NCBI RefSeq assembly: GCF_006345805.1
Contig: NC_043001.1
Coordinates: 67,270,001-67,334,000, forward strand
Direction: 5' to 3'
DNA from: Octopus sinensis
Taxonomy: Eukaryota
Length of the DNA stretch: 64,000 bases
The notes under the pieces are model-generated. The model saw nothing but the letters and a program-made list of their open reading frames with translations, was not told the origin of the DNA and did not search any database. This document shows, piece by piece, positions 49,401 to 63,370 of this stretch (position 1 is its first letter; every line of letters begins with the position of its first letter). The position numbers were made by a program, and so were the translations under genes.

Positions 49401-49764
49401 ATTATTATTATAATCTCAATTTGGATAGCAAAACAAAATCCAGAAAGTGGCATAAAATTGTTGATTGGTCAAAGAATTTCTAAACTGAATTCTAGAAAGG
49501 GAATTTTATTATTGCTTAACCCCAACTGATGAAAGGCATTCTATCCATGACTATTCTGTGTTTTACCAGTTATATCTAGAAGTATGTGTTCGTCTATTTT
49601 GATTATAATATGAATTCAAGGAGATTTGGGTGTTATTTCTAGAAGATTATGTGACACCATAGAAGACACCTGTTGGTGGTGGTGTTCTGTTTAAAGGTTG
49701 TTTGGGTTATAACATTGGCAGAAATTGGAAATATCAGTGTGACACCTTGAGAAAATTCTTAAGG

Positions 49765-49945
49765 AATCACATTCACTCAAGATGAAGTGCCGAGAGAGAA
49801 ATGTCTCACTCAAGGGAAGAGTTGGGAGAAAGATGTTTTCTTCAAAGTAGTGTGAGGAGAAAAGTGTTTCACTCAAGATTAAATGTTGGGAGTAAGATGT
49901 CTTCCTCAAGAGTAAGTGTTGGGAGAAAGAAGTCTTATTTTCAGT
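49765..49945 (+). repeat. diverged ~31-33 bp minisatellite, 5-6 units
   Basis: GAGAAA(G)ATGT(C/T)TCACTCAAG...GTTGG recurs. Confidence 0.7.
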
Positions 49946-52604
49946 GAAAAGGAATCTAGAAAGAAAATTGTTACTACAGGGAAACTAGAAAACCTGAAAT
50001 TAAATGTAAAATATTTATCCAGTGAGGAAGTATGTTGTTTTGTTGGAAGACGTTGTGAGGAGTATGGTTGTAGTTGCAAAATATTTGTGTATAACAAAGT
50101 ATTTATTAGTAAAGGATTTCATTGGTGGGATGGAGAGAGAGAGATAGGGTCAGTTGTGAGAGAAAGGGAGGGAAAGATCAATAACAGTGATTAAATGATC
50201 AGTTTTATTGATTGATTCATTATTGTTATTTCCATCCAGTTTGTTTTACTGATTAACTCTGTTATTTCTAATTATTCTTCATTAGATAAGTAAATTAACA
50301 CCTTTTATTTCTATTTTATCTTCTGTTATCCAGAATTTTGTTATCCTAACAAGGAAGAAACAGCATAGTAAACGCTTATTGTTGCTGATTATAAGAAGGT
50401 GGAGGGGGAGGACAATGGTGTTTGTCCTTCAGTGACTGCTTTGACATCTGACTGCAACTAAAACAGACACACAAACATACACACATGTAAACATATAACA
50501 CATACACACACACATATATGCACATACACTAACATATGTATACAGACATATATATACACTCACACACACATCTACACACAAGTACATACATATGTGTACA
50601 AGTGTGTAAGCAGTTGTTTGATTTCTAGTAGAATTCCGTTCAACCTATTTCAACAAACAGTTCATTCCATGAAGGTTTGGTAATAGCAGTTGATTTTACT
50701 TCACTGTTTGTGTTTCCTGTTCTCTTTGCTCCTTTTTATAACTTAAATATCACGTGTGTGTTGTGTCTCTGTCATACAAAGTGTCATTCATTTCCAGTGT
50801 GTATATATATATGTCTGTATACATATATACCGTCATTTGACCAACTAGAAATAACAACCAAATTTCAATCCAATAACATTCTACTAATTTTGTGGATATC
50901 CTGGGTCTGAATAGATAAAGACACAACAATAATGGATGAAACATTGCCCATAGGCCTACTGGATCATCAATGACCGAAGGTTAAACAACAACATTTAAAC
51001 ACTCTTGTCAGTATCTGAGAGAAAAGTACAGCTCTGCTGGATCTTTGATGAATTAGGGCTAAACAATAACCACCAAATAATCTTAGACAAAGAAGAGGGT
51101 GGTGATTTTATTAAAAGTCAATTGCTATTTAACTCCAAATTAGCCTTGATCAACAACACCTATTATCCAACATATTCCAGCCAGGACCGACAAGTCTTTT
51201 ATTTTTCAAATATGGTGTATCTAAGACTACATTATCCAATGTTTTCATAAAATGGTAAAGTGATTTGTGGAAAATATGACTGATATTTTTCGCAGATCAA
51301 GCAACCATATAAGGCTCCTTCAATGGCTCATAAAAGTGTTAGTCACAGAAAACAAGGGAGATAAATTATTCATCATCATCATCACTGTTTTAATGTTAAC
51401 TTTTCCATGCTTGCATGGGTCAGACAGAATTTACTGAGGCAGACTTTCGTAACCACATATCTTTCTTGTTACTAACACTCATTTCCCAATAAGGTAATAT
51501 TTCCTCTTGGTTGGACATGCTTTTATTGATGACTGGAAACGAATGACACTTTGTATGACAGGGACACAACACACACATGATGGGCTTCTTTCAGTTTCTG
51601 TCAATCAAATTCACTGACAAGGCTTAAAGCCATAGTAAAAGTCACTTCCCAAGGATGTCATGTAGTGGGACTCAACCCAAAAACCATGTGATTTGGAAGC
51701 AAACTTCTTAACCACATAATCATGCTTCACCTAATATAAAAACAAGAATGAAGGCAAACATTTTCTGGTTTCTTTTGACTTTGGCTTCAAATTTATAGAT
51801 TTATTTTCAAATGTCCTATTCTTTCCTTCACCAGACATTATGTGTTCATAAGAATTCTATTTTTAAAATCAATTTTTACACTATTACACTTATAGATACC
51901 ACTGTATTTTATAATATAAGTATATTTTACACTATTGTGTAAGTAAATATTGTATTTATAGTATCATATTATTTTACAGTATTATATAAGTTTCAAAAGA
52001 TTGACAACATATCACTGTCAAATATATTGTCTTTTTGCATTTGAAATCTTCAATGTAATTATAAATAATAGCAGTGCACAAAAGATGTCACTTCAGCTTC
52101 TGGAATTGTTGAATAATTTACCTTCCATGTCTTTACATATTCCCTTCAACCATTTGTTGAGAAAGTTAGAAATCTTTGTTAGGAGATGTAAATTTCATAA
52201 TGTTACTGAACTGGAGAAAGATAAACTGACATTCTGAGATGCACAAATAACGATAAAGAGAAGAAGAGAAAGTTTTGTAGGAAGTTTTAAGTTCTTGACT
52301 TTTGACCCAGAGGCCACAAGTTCAAGTTATATCACAGTACTCTTAAACAGGAAATATTATTATGATTGGTATTGATCAGACTATTTCGAAAAAATAAACT
52401 TTGCCATTGTGTTCAATACTTAACATCAGTAAGATCAATAAGTTCTGAACAAAATTTCACACTGTCAAAATATATTAAATTCATTTTATATTACGAAGCG
52501 AATCAACAAAATATCCAATTTATCAGTGTCAGTAAACAGCGGTGGAGGAAATTGAGTGTTAAAATACTAAACAAGAATTAATCTTTCATTTAATATAAAT
52601 ATTT

Positions 52605-52955
52605 ATTTTATCTTTTACTTGTTTCTGTCATTAGACTGTAGCCATGCTGGGGCACCAGCCTTGAAGAATTTTAGTCAGACAGATCCACCCCTCTATTTAT
52701 TTATTTTTTAAAGTCTGATACTTACTCTAGCATTCTCTTTGCTGAACCACTAAGTTACGGAGATGTAAACACTCCAACACCGCTTGTCAAGTGGTGGTGT
52801 GGGACAAACACACATGCACACATGTGCAACAGTCTTTCAGTTTCTATTCACAAAATCCATTCACAAGGCTTTAGTTGGCCTGAGGCTATAGTAAATGCCA
52901 CACAAGAGGACTGAACCCAGAACCATGTAGTTGGGAAGTAAACTTCTTATCAGAC
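52605..52955 (-). mobile_element. SINE family B copy
   Basis: Full reverse match. Confidence 0.85.
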
Positions 52956-53002
52956 ATTGCTATTTTTCTTCTATTATTATTATCATTATTATCATCATCA
53001 TC

Positions 53003-53380
53003 AAGGTAGCAAGCCAGCAGAAATGTGAGCACACCGGGCAAAATGCTTAGTGGCATTTCATCTGTCTTTACGTTCTGAGTTCAAATTCTGCAGAGGTCAA
53101 CTTTGCCTTTCATCCTTTCGGGGACAATAAAATAAGTACCAGTTGAACACTGGAGTCAATGTAATCAACTTTCAGGCCTTGTGCCTATAATAGAAAAGAT
53201 TATTCTTATTAATATCAAGGCAGCGAGCTGGTAGAATCATTAGCATGCCAGGTAAAATGCTTAGTAGCATTTCATCTGACTTTATGGTCCGAGTACAAAT
53301 TCTGCTATGGTTGACTTTGCCTTTCATCATTTCAGGATTGATAAAATAAGTACCAGTTGAACACTGGGGTTGATGTAACC
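53003..53380 (+). mobile_element. two tandem SINE family D copies (53003-53200, 53218-53380)
   Basis: Two complete head-plus-core units. Confidence 0.85.
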
Positions 53381-53392
53381 AAAATTTCCTTT

Positions 53393-53623
53393 CCAAATTC
53401 CATTCAGGAGTGATGGCCATCGATGTTCCTCTTTTTTATGGCTTATGAACATCATATGCCAAAACAGAATTAGAGGCGAATCATACTGCCAGTCCACGAG
53501 ATATGTATATAGTGTGAAAACTATGTGCAGGTATGCTCAGATAATATGAAATAGGCTACATGATGCTGATAAGCCACAAAAACGGCAAAACATTGATATC
53601 CATCACTCCTGAATGGGGTTTGG
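53393..53623. mobile_element. small TIR element (MITE-like)
   Basis: CCATTCAGGAGTGATGGCCATCGATGTT (53400-27) versus AACATTGATATCCATCACTCCTGAATGG (ending 53616). No TSD seen. Confidence 0.7.
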
Positions 53624-53773
53624 GGTGAGTTGTTTTGCTTGTTCATGAGAGCACTTTGAGAGAGTAATCTTCACCACACCAAATCACAGCCTTCTGGCAA
53701 ATATACAGTGTATGCACACTGAGTATATGTGGTCAACAATGTTTATTACACTAGTGTTGTTTCTATTTCATAT

Positions 53774-53817
<44 letters not shown>

Positions 53818-53872
53818 GACATTACTATACATAAATGCCACATGCTAGGAGGGTCTCTTAAAGTCAAAACTA

Positions 53873-53921
<49 letters not shown>

Positions 53922-56900
53922 ATATATAAAACACTATGTGACACTGATTCTATCTGAGAATAAATTTCAGGGAATACACATATCTGTAGACAACTTGACA
54001 ACTTGACAAGTTAATTCAGGGGCAGATAATTCATTTAATTGAACAACTGGATTTTCATTGTCAAATGGCAGAGATCCACCACCACCATATATAACAAAAC
54101 AATCATTGTATTATTGGATGGCTCCAATTGCCCCTGGTTTGATGTTGTAGCTGTATAGATAAGAGGAAGAGAAAGGGAAGTGGGTTAGAAGAACCAGAGT
54201 ATTCCTTGGTGACACCAATAATTACCACAGACATTATTAGATATTAGGTAAAATAGAGCAGAGATGATGACAGTGATGAGGATATTGGTGATGATAATCA
54301 TGACAATGATGATGATGAAGACAACAAGGAGGGTAATGATGGGGATGATAACAATGGTGATAATGAAAGCAACAAGGAGGCTAACAATAAAAATGATGAC
54401 AATGATGATGATGATGAAGATAACGGTGATATAAATAGTACTCTATACATTTCTAAAAGTGAAATTACAATTTCTTTTAAAATTTGTTTCAGTTATGAAC
54501 TTATCTAAAATACCCTGATTGTTATCATCTCTACATTAAGAAAAAAGTGATTATTAATCTTTATCCTTTCCTTTTGTTTTTGACTCCTCTACCACAGCCA
54601 TTCACAGGTGAGATAATTATTCATAATGAGCGTTATAATTAGCTTCAAAAGTTGCAGACCAAGAACAGGATAATGTGGACATAGGGATATCTAAGAAACG
54701 TTCACGTGACACAGACAATACTTTCCTCTATAATTACACAACAAACAGATTAAAAACGAGATTAAGAAGTGGGGACTAAATAGCATATCTTATTATTTAG
54801 TACAGATGAAGGGAGATTAACTGCTGGAGATAATTATTGTAATTATAACTTATAGACATGGCACTGAATATAATTTCAGTTGATGTTTCAACAATGCAGG
54901 TCAGAATATAATGACCTGACAATGAAATGCTGTTTACAACACAGCATAAACCTTGATGGCTTTCCATAGATTCTATAGTTGATATTAAGATTTCATATTG
55001 TTACTGCTGGTGCAAAAGTAAATCTTCCATAGTTCTTTAGTAGATATCAAGACTTCGTATTGTCACTGCTAATGTCATTGTAATTATTATGTAACTATTA
55101 TTGCCTCCACCTCCCCTCCTACAAGTTGGAGACTTATTACACAACCGATTGATATGTCTTACCATACTTAGAGGATTATGATATAGGTTTATGATACATC
55201 TTAATTGTCCCATATTCATAAAATGTTTCAAATCAAACACTGAGGGTTTTGGTAAATTTCATCATCATCATCGTTTAGCATGTTTTCCATGCTGGCATGG
55301 GTTATTTAATCGGAGTTGGTAAACCAGAGAGCTGCACTAGGCTCCAATCATCTGTTTTGGCTTGCTTTCTATGTAGTACATTGGGTACTTTTTACATGTC
55401 ACTGGGTAAATTTATTTGCCAATATTCTGATTTATAATACCTCAAGTCACAACATATTTTTAATTATGTATTGTAAAATTTAATTATATATTTATTCATT
55501 GTAGCACTGTTTATTTGCTGAGTAAGTAAAACATAATAGAAAGTAGCCCAACAAGTAAGATTTTTTTGATTTAATGGCTTCGTCAGAAGAGGAAGACCAG
55601 TCCCCATGACTTCAGAAACTCTTGGGAAAAAGCATGAATTATAAGTTCTCAGACTGAGCACCTCGCCTAAATGTTTGTTACAGAGTGGATTCTATTAAAG
55701 ACACCCAAGAATTCTTTGGGCTAGGAATGTTAAACAGGGTAATAGATTAAGTCTGCAATTGCAAAATAGAAGCAGTCTCTCTGACAGGCTTCCATGGTTT
55801 CCTTCTACTAATTCCACTCACAAGATACTGGTTATCCCAGAGTTATAGTAGAAGACATTTGCCAAAGGTGCCACATGATGGAATTGAATCTGAAACCATG
55901 TAATTGTGAAATGAACTTCTTAACCATACATCCATGCTTTAACTCCTACACATAACAATCTATTTGTATTAATGTGCCCACTTAAAATAATATATTCTAT
56001 GCCCTTCATAACTGAATGGCTAATTCTTTTTTATTAGAAGTATTTCTTGTTGAAAACAAATCACTCTTTGAATACATGGAAATATTTCAGATGAAGACAT
56101 ATCTAATAGTGGACCCCCCCCCCTGCCCCGCCAACAAAAAAACCCCACCATGCAGCTATATTAAAAGTAATCGCAGTGCTATCACCATTGCTTTGTGGTG
56201 CAAATGTCGCATAATATTAAAAATTAATAACCAAACAACATTCACAATTAACAAAATCTCGTTAGTCATTTGAAAGAGATTTCAGTAAAACTACTTCTAA
56301 TATTCAATTCCAGACAGTTTTCTATTCATGAAAAAATCTTTATTCACTTCTCTGTTCTAATTGTCTCTTAATTTCTTTTGTAGCTTGGTTAAATAAAAAA
56401 AAAATCTAATTTACTAACATTTCTGTATTATTTATTTATTTATTTATTTTACTTTGGTCTTTGGTGCTTATATTATTCTTGATGTTAGATTTTTCGGAAA
56501 TAATCTGGAATCATTTCTATAAACTTTTCTATTCTGAAAAAAAAAAAAAAAGAAAGAAAAAAGGCTGTTGTAACATAATTATAAGAAGCATAGAATTGGA
56601 CCAAGTCAATACTGCTAACAATATCACATAGTATTGAATATTGATTATTTCCAATCAATGTTATGTATTCTTATTTGAAAATTTTACTTGGAAATCTTTG
56701 GACTGCAGACATTTCTTTGTTTCTTTCTGTGATTTCAGAATCAACTTTAGATATTGTTGCATTTTAATAAAATGTCACTCATATCATCTCAATGGATACA
56801 AGAACAGTGCCAGAACAAAAATTTTGGCTATAAATTAATGGCTTTACCAGAGAAAATCTAAAATAATTTATGTGTCTACCTGTAGCATTTCTTTCAGTTA

Positions 56901-56949
56901 CAACCACAAAATGAAACTAAGCAAATATATATGGCATATTTGGTCTAGG

Positions 56950-57350
56950 TTCAGGCATGGCTCTTTGGTTAAGAAGTTTAATTCTCATGGTTTCAAGTTC
57001 AATCCCACAGTGTGGCACCTTGGGCAAGTGTTTTTCTACTATAGTCCTGGGCCAACCAAAGCCTTGTAAGTAGATATGGTAGACAGAAACTGGAAGAAGA
57101 CCATCAAGAGAGAGAGAAAACAGTGTATATGTGCATATTAGTGTTTCCTTGCCTTGATTTCATATGATAGTTGTGAACAGTGATGTCTTTAGTTTCCAGT
57201 CTTCTGTGAAAACATGTCAAGCTATGGTGGAAAGGTTACCTTACTTGGAAACGAGTGCAAAGTAGCAAAGGAAAGGGCATCAGATTGTAGAAAACCTGTC
57301 TTGATGAATTCCATTTGAACCCATGAGAACAAGGAAAAGTGGAATTTAAA
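56950..57350 (+). mobile_element. SINE family B head plus family C copy
   Basis: GGCATGGCTCTTTGGTTAAG...CCTTGGGCAAGTG, then ...CCATGAGAACAAGGAAAAGTGGA. Confidence 0.7.
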
Positions 57351-58683
57351 CTGATGTATACTTGTGTAAATGACAGGAACTGGTTGAAATAATGAACTAT
57401 TTTTGAGAAATCCTATCAGAAAATGGTGTGATTTATGGTGTGGAAAGGAAAACCAATATATAATACTGTATGTAATTAAATACAACATTTAATATCTAAG
57501 TGGAGAAATAGATATCTGTTGGCAGTAATGATAATGTTGGATGATGAGGAGTTGACGACGATCTACTATAAGTAGCACCTAAATCCTCCTCAAACCATGC
57601 TTTATTGTTTTGAGAAAGAAGAGGACACATTAGATAATGAAGACCTACATTCCAATAAAAAGCTGGATGGCCATAATTGGAATGAATTTGTTCCAGTGAA
57701 TCACAGTGGTTGTTGTCACAGGCTGTGCTACCATAGTGAACCAACAGCTCTGACTTATGTATAAACACATCAACTTTGCTCTATTTCTATCCATAAAACC
57801 ACTTCAACTTACCTTACTTTCAGCTTGTCAGTATATCTTGGATTTGATACTACAAGAACAAATTTCTTTTAAAGAAAATTTACCATTTTGATAGCTGTGG
57901 CATTCACATAGCACACCTGGAATAAATTCCCTCCTTTATTTACAGAGCTGCTGAATTGAGAACTTTGGCAACAATATAACAAAAATGTTCTATATTGATT
58001 CCAATTCAATGATTTGGTCTGTGGGATTCATTGCTTTCTTTCTGGTGCCATCAGATTAACAAAGAACCACTGCAGACTTTCTTGACAAGTGCCAAGAAAT
58101 TCTTTGGAAGTTTTTATGAGAGAATGCAAAGGGTGTTTGCTTTTGCCTTTCTTGGTGGTCTACTTTGATATAAGGTGCCATATTGTTCACCAGAAGACAC
58201 AGATAAGCAATCACACCATTACCAGGTATGCTCAAAACACAAACAGCTGGAGCAGCAAAGCATTTTCTCTGAAATTCCAGCAATTTCACCAATCCACCAT
58301 TCTGAAATGGTACTTTATTCCATAAATCCCAGAAGAATGAAAGGCAAAGATGACCTGAGCAGGATTTGAAAATACAAAGAGCCATATGAAATACCACAAG
58401 AGATTTTGTTTGATGTTTTAAACCGATTCTTTTAACCTGATGCCTTGTGTGATCCATTACATAAAGAATTTAAAACAAGACAAACTTTATAATTTTCTGT
58501 AATTTTTGCCAAGTCCAGGTTAAGCTTCAAAGAACTAGATCACATGACATGGTAAATAAATATATTACTTCATTTTTATGTCAGTTTTTGCACGTTAAAA
58601 TGAGTCAGATGAATATATGATTGAGGCATTGTTTTACAACTGGATGCACTCATGTCACTAATGCTTACCTGTTTCTCAAATAA

Positions 58684-59024
58684 AAGGTAAAAGACCCCCT
58701 TCAGTCATGAATGACCATGGGATTGCACCTAGAAAGTTCCCCTCAGAGGTACAAGTCTGGGCAACGTTGCTTATGGAAGACCAACAGTCACCCATGAATA
58801 CCAGCCTCCCCTCTCCACACCACTGATGTTATTCAAGGGAAAAGCAAAGGCTGATACAACTTGACACCAGTGACACTGGAACTCCTTTCTATAGCTGAGT
58901 GAACTATAGCAACATGAAATAAAGTGTCTTGCTCAAGAACACAACACACAGCCTAGTCTGGGAATCAGACTCACTACATCATGATTGTGAGCCCAATGCT
59001 CTAACCACTGAGCCATGCGCCTTC
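58684..59024 (-). mobile_element. tRNA-derived SINE family A, older copy
   Basis: Reverse match to 28063-28400 with most CpGs decayed. Confidence 0.9.
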
Positions 59025-59155
59025 ATACTTCTCAAGTAAGAGGGTCTCAAATTTCATGTTTTTAAAAGCACATAGCTAACAGACAATTTGTTGACAGAGG
59101 AAATGACAACATTACTGCTTATAACTCAGTGAGTTTTGGAGAAGCACAAATCTGA

Positions 59156-59187
<32 letters not shown>

Positions 59188-59191
59188 CTAA

Positions 59192-60527
59192 TAGGGTAGA
59201 GTGAAAAATGCAACTTTCAAAATTGGTAACCAAGAACTTTGTGGTTAAATACTTTTTTCAAGCTCTGCAATGCAATTGAAAATTTTTAAAATCACTATTT
59301 TTGGTCGAATTTTGGATTTCATGGATTATAAGTTGTAATGAATACATAGCAGAATGCAAATCAGTAAATTAGTATCCTTAAGAGGTTGCATACCAAATTT
59401 CAATACAATTGACTAATATCTTGAGGTTCCGCATTGACTATAAAGAGAACGGGAGTGTGAACTTCTCTCCAGTGCTGCTACAACGGTCACTGCATCTGGA
59501 CATACGTCGTATGTGTGTGAAGTTTTCTGCTTTGTACCTTGACTTTAGGCCATTGTATTAAAATTAACGATCGTGTTAAATTTAGAGTTGTTTACAATTA
59601 TGCAATTAGTGATGTTATAATTGGTGATTAAGCCAATAATGAGTCATGTTATTGAATGCCCAATATTTGGTACTCCATCTGATCTTAGTGAGCAAGTTTT
59701 GCCATTTTACAAGGACATACTAAAATGTGTTTTACTTGAACGAGAAAAAGAAAAGAAAGATCCATCAATTAAGCAAATTGTCAAGATTGCTGCAGAAAAA
59801 GTAATTCTTTGGCAAAAGGCATCCATCCCTTGTGTTACGATTGAGTCAGTTAAACTGAAAATCTTAAACTTTTATCTAAAGTACCAAGCATAACTAAAAT
59901 CTGTGAAAAATAGAAAAAAATGTGCCATTATTTCAAACTAAGTATAATGTGTTTAAAAACAATGCAGCAAAAGATTTATTTGACATTTCCTGTTGCAAAT
60001 GCAACTCCTTAAAGAATTGGAATTATTTCGAATAAATTGGAAATGTTAATTATTTTTATCGTCAAAATGTGTCAAGAATCAAAAATTGGTTTACATGTAA
60101 TTTTATTTTAATGTGAGTGTAAGCTAGATCTCATATAATGCATACATTTAGTGACCTAGTATTAAAAATAATAAAGAAAACAAATCAGGAAGTCTATTTA
60201 ATTCACATAATTCCGAAATTTCAGGTGCATTGAGGAGCCTGAAGATATAAATTTTAGAGCTTGAAATTTTAACACTCTTGTCTTTAAAGGATTTCTCTAA
60301 AGAAATTTCATAACAATGAATGTAAAAATAAAATGAGGAAAGCAAACGTTATAAATTGATTTTTCACTCATTATTCAAAATTTTAAGTGAGCTGTGGATC
60401 CTGAAGATGTAAATTTAAGAATTTCAGATTTAAACAGTTATTTTTAAAGGATTTTGCAATAAAAAATATATTCTTGAAAATACATTTTGAAAATCTGTGT
60501 AAAAAGTACCTTTTACACTCCACCCTA
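59192..60527 (+). mobile_element. non-autonomous hAT-type element carrying a transposase N-terminal remnant
   Basis: TIR TAGGGTAGAGTGAAAAA / rc TAGGGTGGAGTGTAAAA. Flanks ATGTCTAA / ATATATAA match at 6 of 8. Internal MSHVIECPIFGTP...LWQKASIPCV...DLFDISCCKC (59634-60010). Confidence 0.75.
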
Positions 60528-61205
60528 ATATATAATGTATGATGGGCTTCTTTCAGTTTCCATCAACTAAATCTGCTCATATAACTTTGGTCAGCTCAGG
60601 GCTATAGTAAAAAATACTTGCCTAAGGTGCCATGCAATAGGACTAAACTGAAAATCTTGAGTTTGAAAGTGAACTTCTTAACTACACAACCATGCCAGGC
60701 CCTATGTTTCATAATATTTCAAAAAAAGTTCTCACAGATTTATTATTTTAACAAGCACAGAAACTACATTGTTTAGTATCACCATGTTATTTACACAAGA
60801 GTTGATGCAGCAAATGAAGTTTCTGTCTCTCAGCTACATTAATTAAGATAACCTAAGGTCATCTGAGACAAGACAGATTTCACATCTGATGTGGGATTGA
60901 GCCCTTAACCTCACCATAAGTAATAAAACATTTCAACCACATATATGGTAGGCTGTCACGTGTAATAATAATAAGCTGAAAAACTTTGAACACTGAAACA
61001 ACAGTGTTTACTAAAAACACCCACAAACCAGATTGACTGAGTCAACCACAAAACCAAGTTTGATTTGAGGGAGATTTGGCTGCTATCTGTAGCAGGTCTG
61101 GTGACTTCATAGAGACTCCCATGTTAGCTTGTGGCTAATGCTGAGATATAATTATATCAATGGAATTCTTTAGATCCACTTAGCATAATCAATGCCTGAG
61201 TTTAA

Positions 61206-61409
61206 CCCTTTTGATATCAACCCACCTGAAACTGCTTTGGGTGCTAGGATACAAACGTTCTTATCTAAGTTAAAACCATCCATCGAATTTCATGCTAATT
61301 TATGTTCCAGATACCAACTTAATGACAAAGTCAGTTCACTAAATTCATCACTATTTTCAAAATTAATTGAAACAAAGAGTGTTTCAATAGTAATATAGTA
61401 ATAAAAAGG
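61206..61409 (-). mobile_element. piggyBac-type MITE copy
   Basis: TTAA|CCCTTTT...AAAAGG|TTAA; reverse of 35233-35446. Confidence 0.75.
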
Positions 61410-62994
61410 TTAATACAGGAATGGAATGGACCCTTTCAGCTTAGCCATCACATGTTGCCAGTAATCTCCACTAGACTCCAGTAGCTAACCAAACATTGCA
61501 ACAGTTCCTTATAGAAGTGAGCTGTACTTACTCATGGTACCTATTTACAGTTCAGTAAACTGAATCAGTATGTTTTAAATAAACTGATTATAGATATACT
61601 TGGTAGGGTGACACTTGATCAGAGGACACTCAGTTACTCAGGGGCCACTCAGTTACACATAAAACAAGCATTTACAATTACATTGCCCATGGTTAAAATA
61701 AAGAGGAAGGGTTAAAAAAAAAATCACATTATATGAAATCAAAAATCTATTATTAAGAGAGAGAAATAAATCAATATTTGATTGTTGTTCAACAAAGTTT
61801 CTAGCAGAATGCTAAAGAATAAACAAGTCAACAAGAAGTTTGGAAATAAATCTGAGAACATTGATTGTCTGTCAGTTTTTACTGCTACAGGTGAAAGGTC
61901 AGGGGAAATATTGTTCAACAGAACCTATTCTGTAGTTGTGTGGGAGGAAATAGTGGCATAGATTGGGGACAAACCATAAGGGTATTAAGAATGGTGGTGT
62001 GGTGAGCAGGAGTAAGGGTTAACAAGGTAAGAATTTAACTGATGTAGTTTTTCATTTTACTTCCAGTTTTCAGTGATATTTCATAAAACGGACAATAGTA
62101 AAAAATGAGGAGAAGGAGGAGGATAATGAAAAAGAAGTTAGCCATGAACCAATAAAAACAGTGACTCCTGTTAAATTGCAAAAACAAGGTCTACCAAGAC
62201 AGCTGATGGATTTGGAAAATGCCCAGAGGTCAATCGTTTTAATTGCTTATTTCATTTATCTAATCTTCATTATTTTTCAGGTTATGTAAGAACGTAGAAA
62301 AACAACAACAGCTAACTCAACTAATAATTTCTTGAGGCTCACAAAGATGACAAAAGACTGCAATGATTGGTGACATGTGGTGCTAGAGAAGACCCATCCA
62401 CCTGTGTAAGTATGGTAATTAGATGTTGAATGGTGGTGTTAGTGAGCTGGGACTTAGACTATCATCTGAATACATTCTTCTAACCAATTGTTTGCTGTTT
62501 CTCTCTGAAATACTCATTTCTCTATCATTCATCTCTCCTCCAGTTATCTCTATCGCTCACACTATCTCAATCATTCATCTCACTACACCCACTCTTGTCC
62601 CCCATTCAAAGACCAATGTTGCCTACATAGCTACAGATGGCAACAGACCCTTCCTAATCATTGTACGAAGCTGCCCATATAGAGATAGCACTTTTTAAGG
62701 GTGCATATATGCATTAAAATAAATCTTTTCACCATAACTTTCTATCAACTTACACTTAATGAATACATACTTCCTTCTTAACCTCCTCTATCCTTCCTCC
62801 TTACTCAACCATTTCCCTGGTTTATATACACGTAGCTCATTTCACATAGCTCCAACTACACTTCCCATCACAAAAAAAAAGTGACTGGCAAAAAGCTACA
62901 TGAAGCTAATAGGAACCAAAAGAACACTGTCTGATGAAGGCAGGCAAACCAAAACTTTGAAGTCACTATCAACCTTTTCCTTCTAAAAGATAAA

Positions 62995-63370
62995 AACATC
63001 ATTGTTTTAATATCTACATTTCTATGCTTGCATGGGTTATACAAAGTTTAGTGAGGCAGATTTTCTATGGTCAGATGCCCTTCCTGTTGCCAACCCTCAA
63101 CTGATTACCAGTGAAATAATGTTTCCTCTTGGCCAGACATGTTTGCATAGAAGATTGGAAACAAAATTACATGATGGTGATGATCATTTACATCTATCAT
63201 GTGATCTCAAGTCAAGACACTAATACATATGCATAAATAATATATACATATTGTGAGCCTCTTTCAAACTTCATTTACCAAATCCACAAACAAGGATTTT
63301 GTCAGCTCAGAGCTGAGCAATGAGACTATGTGATTGTGAAGCAAACTCTTCTACCCAACAACCATGCCTG
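62995..63370 (-). mobile_element. family C copy plus partial SINE family B
   Basis: GATGCCCTTCCTGTTGCCAACCCTCA, then the reverse SINE B head. Confidence 0.65.

Noticed and set aside
54260-54430. Asp/Asn-rich open frame (also 20760-20890)
   Set aside because: Cryptic (GAT/AAC)n trinucleotide repeat, which is naturally stop-free in one frame.
54598-54607. 10-nt microexon candidate after a long polypyrimidine tract
   Set aside because: Frame-shifting length and no corroborating plus-strand exons.
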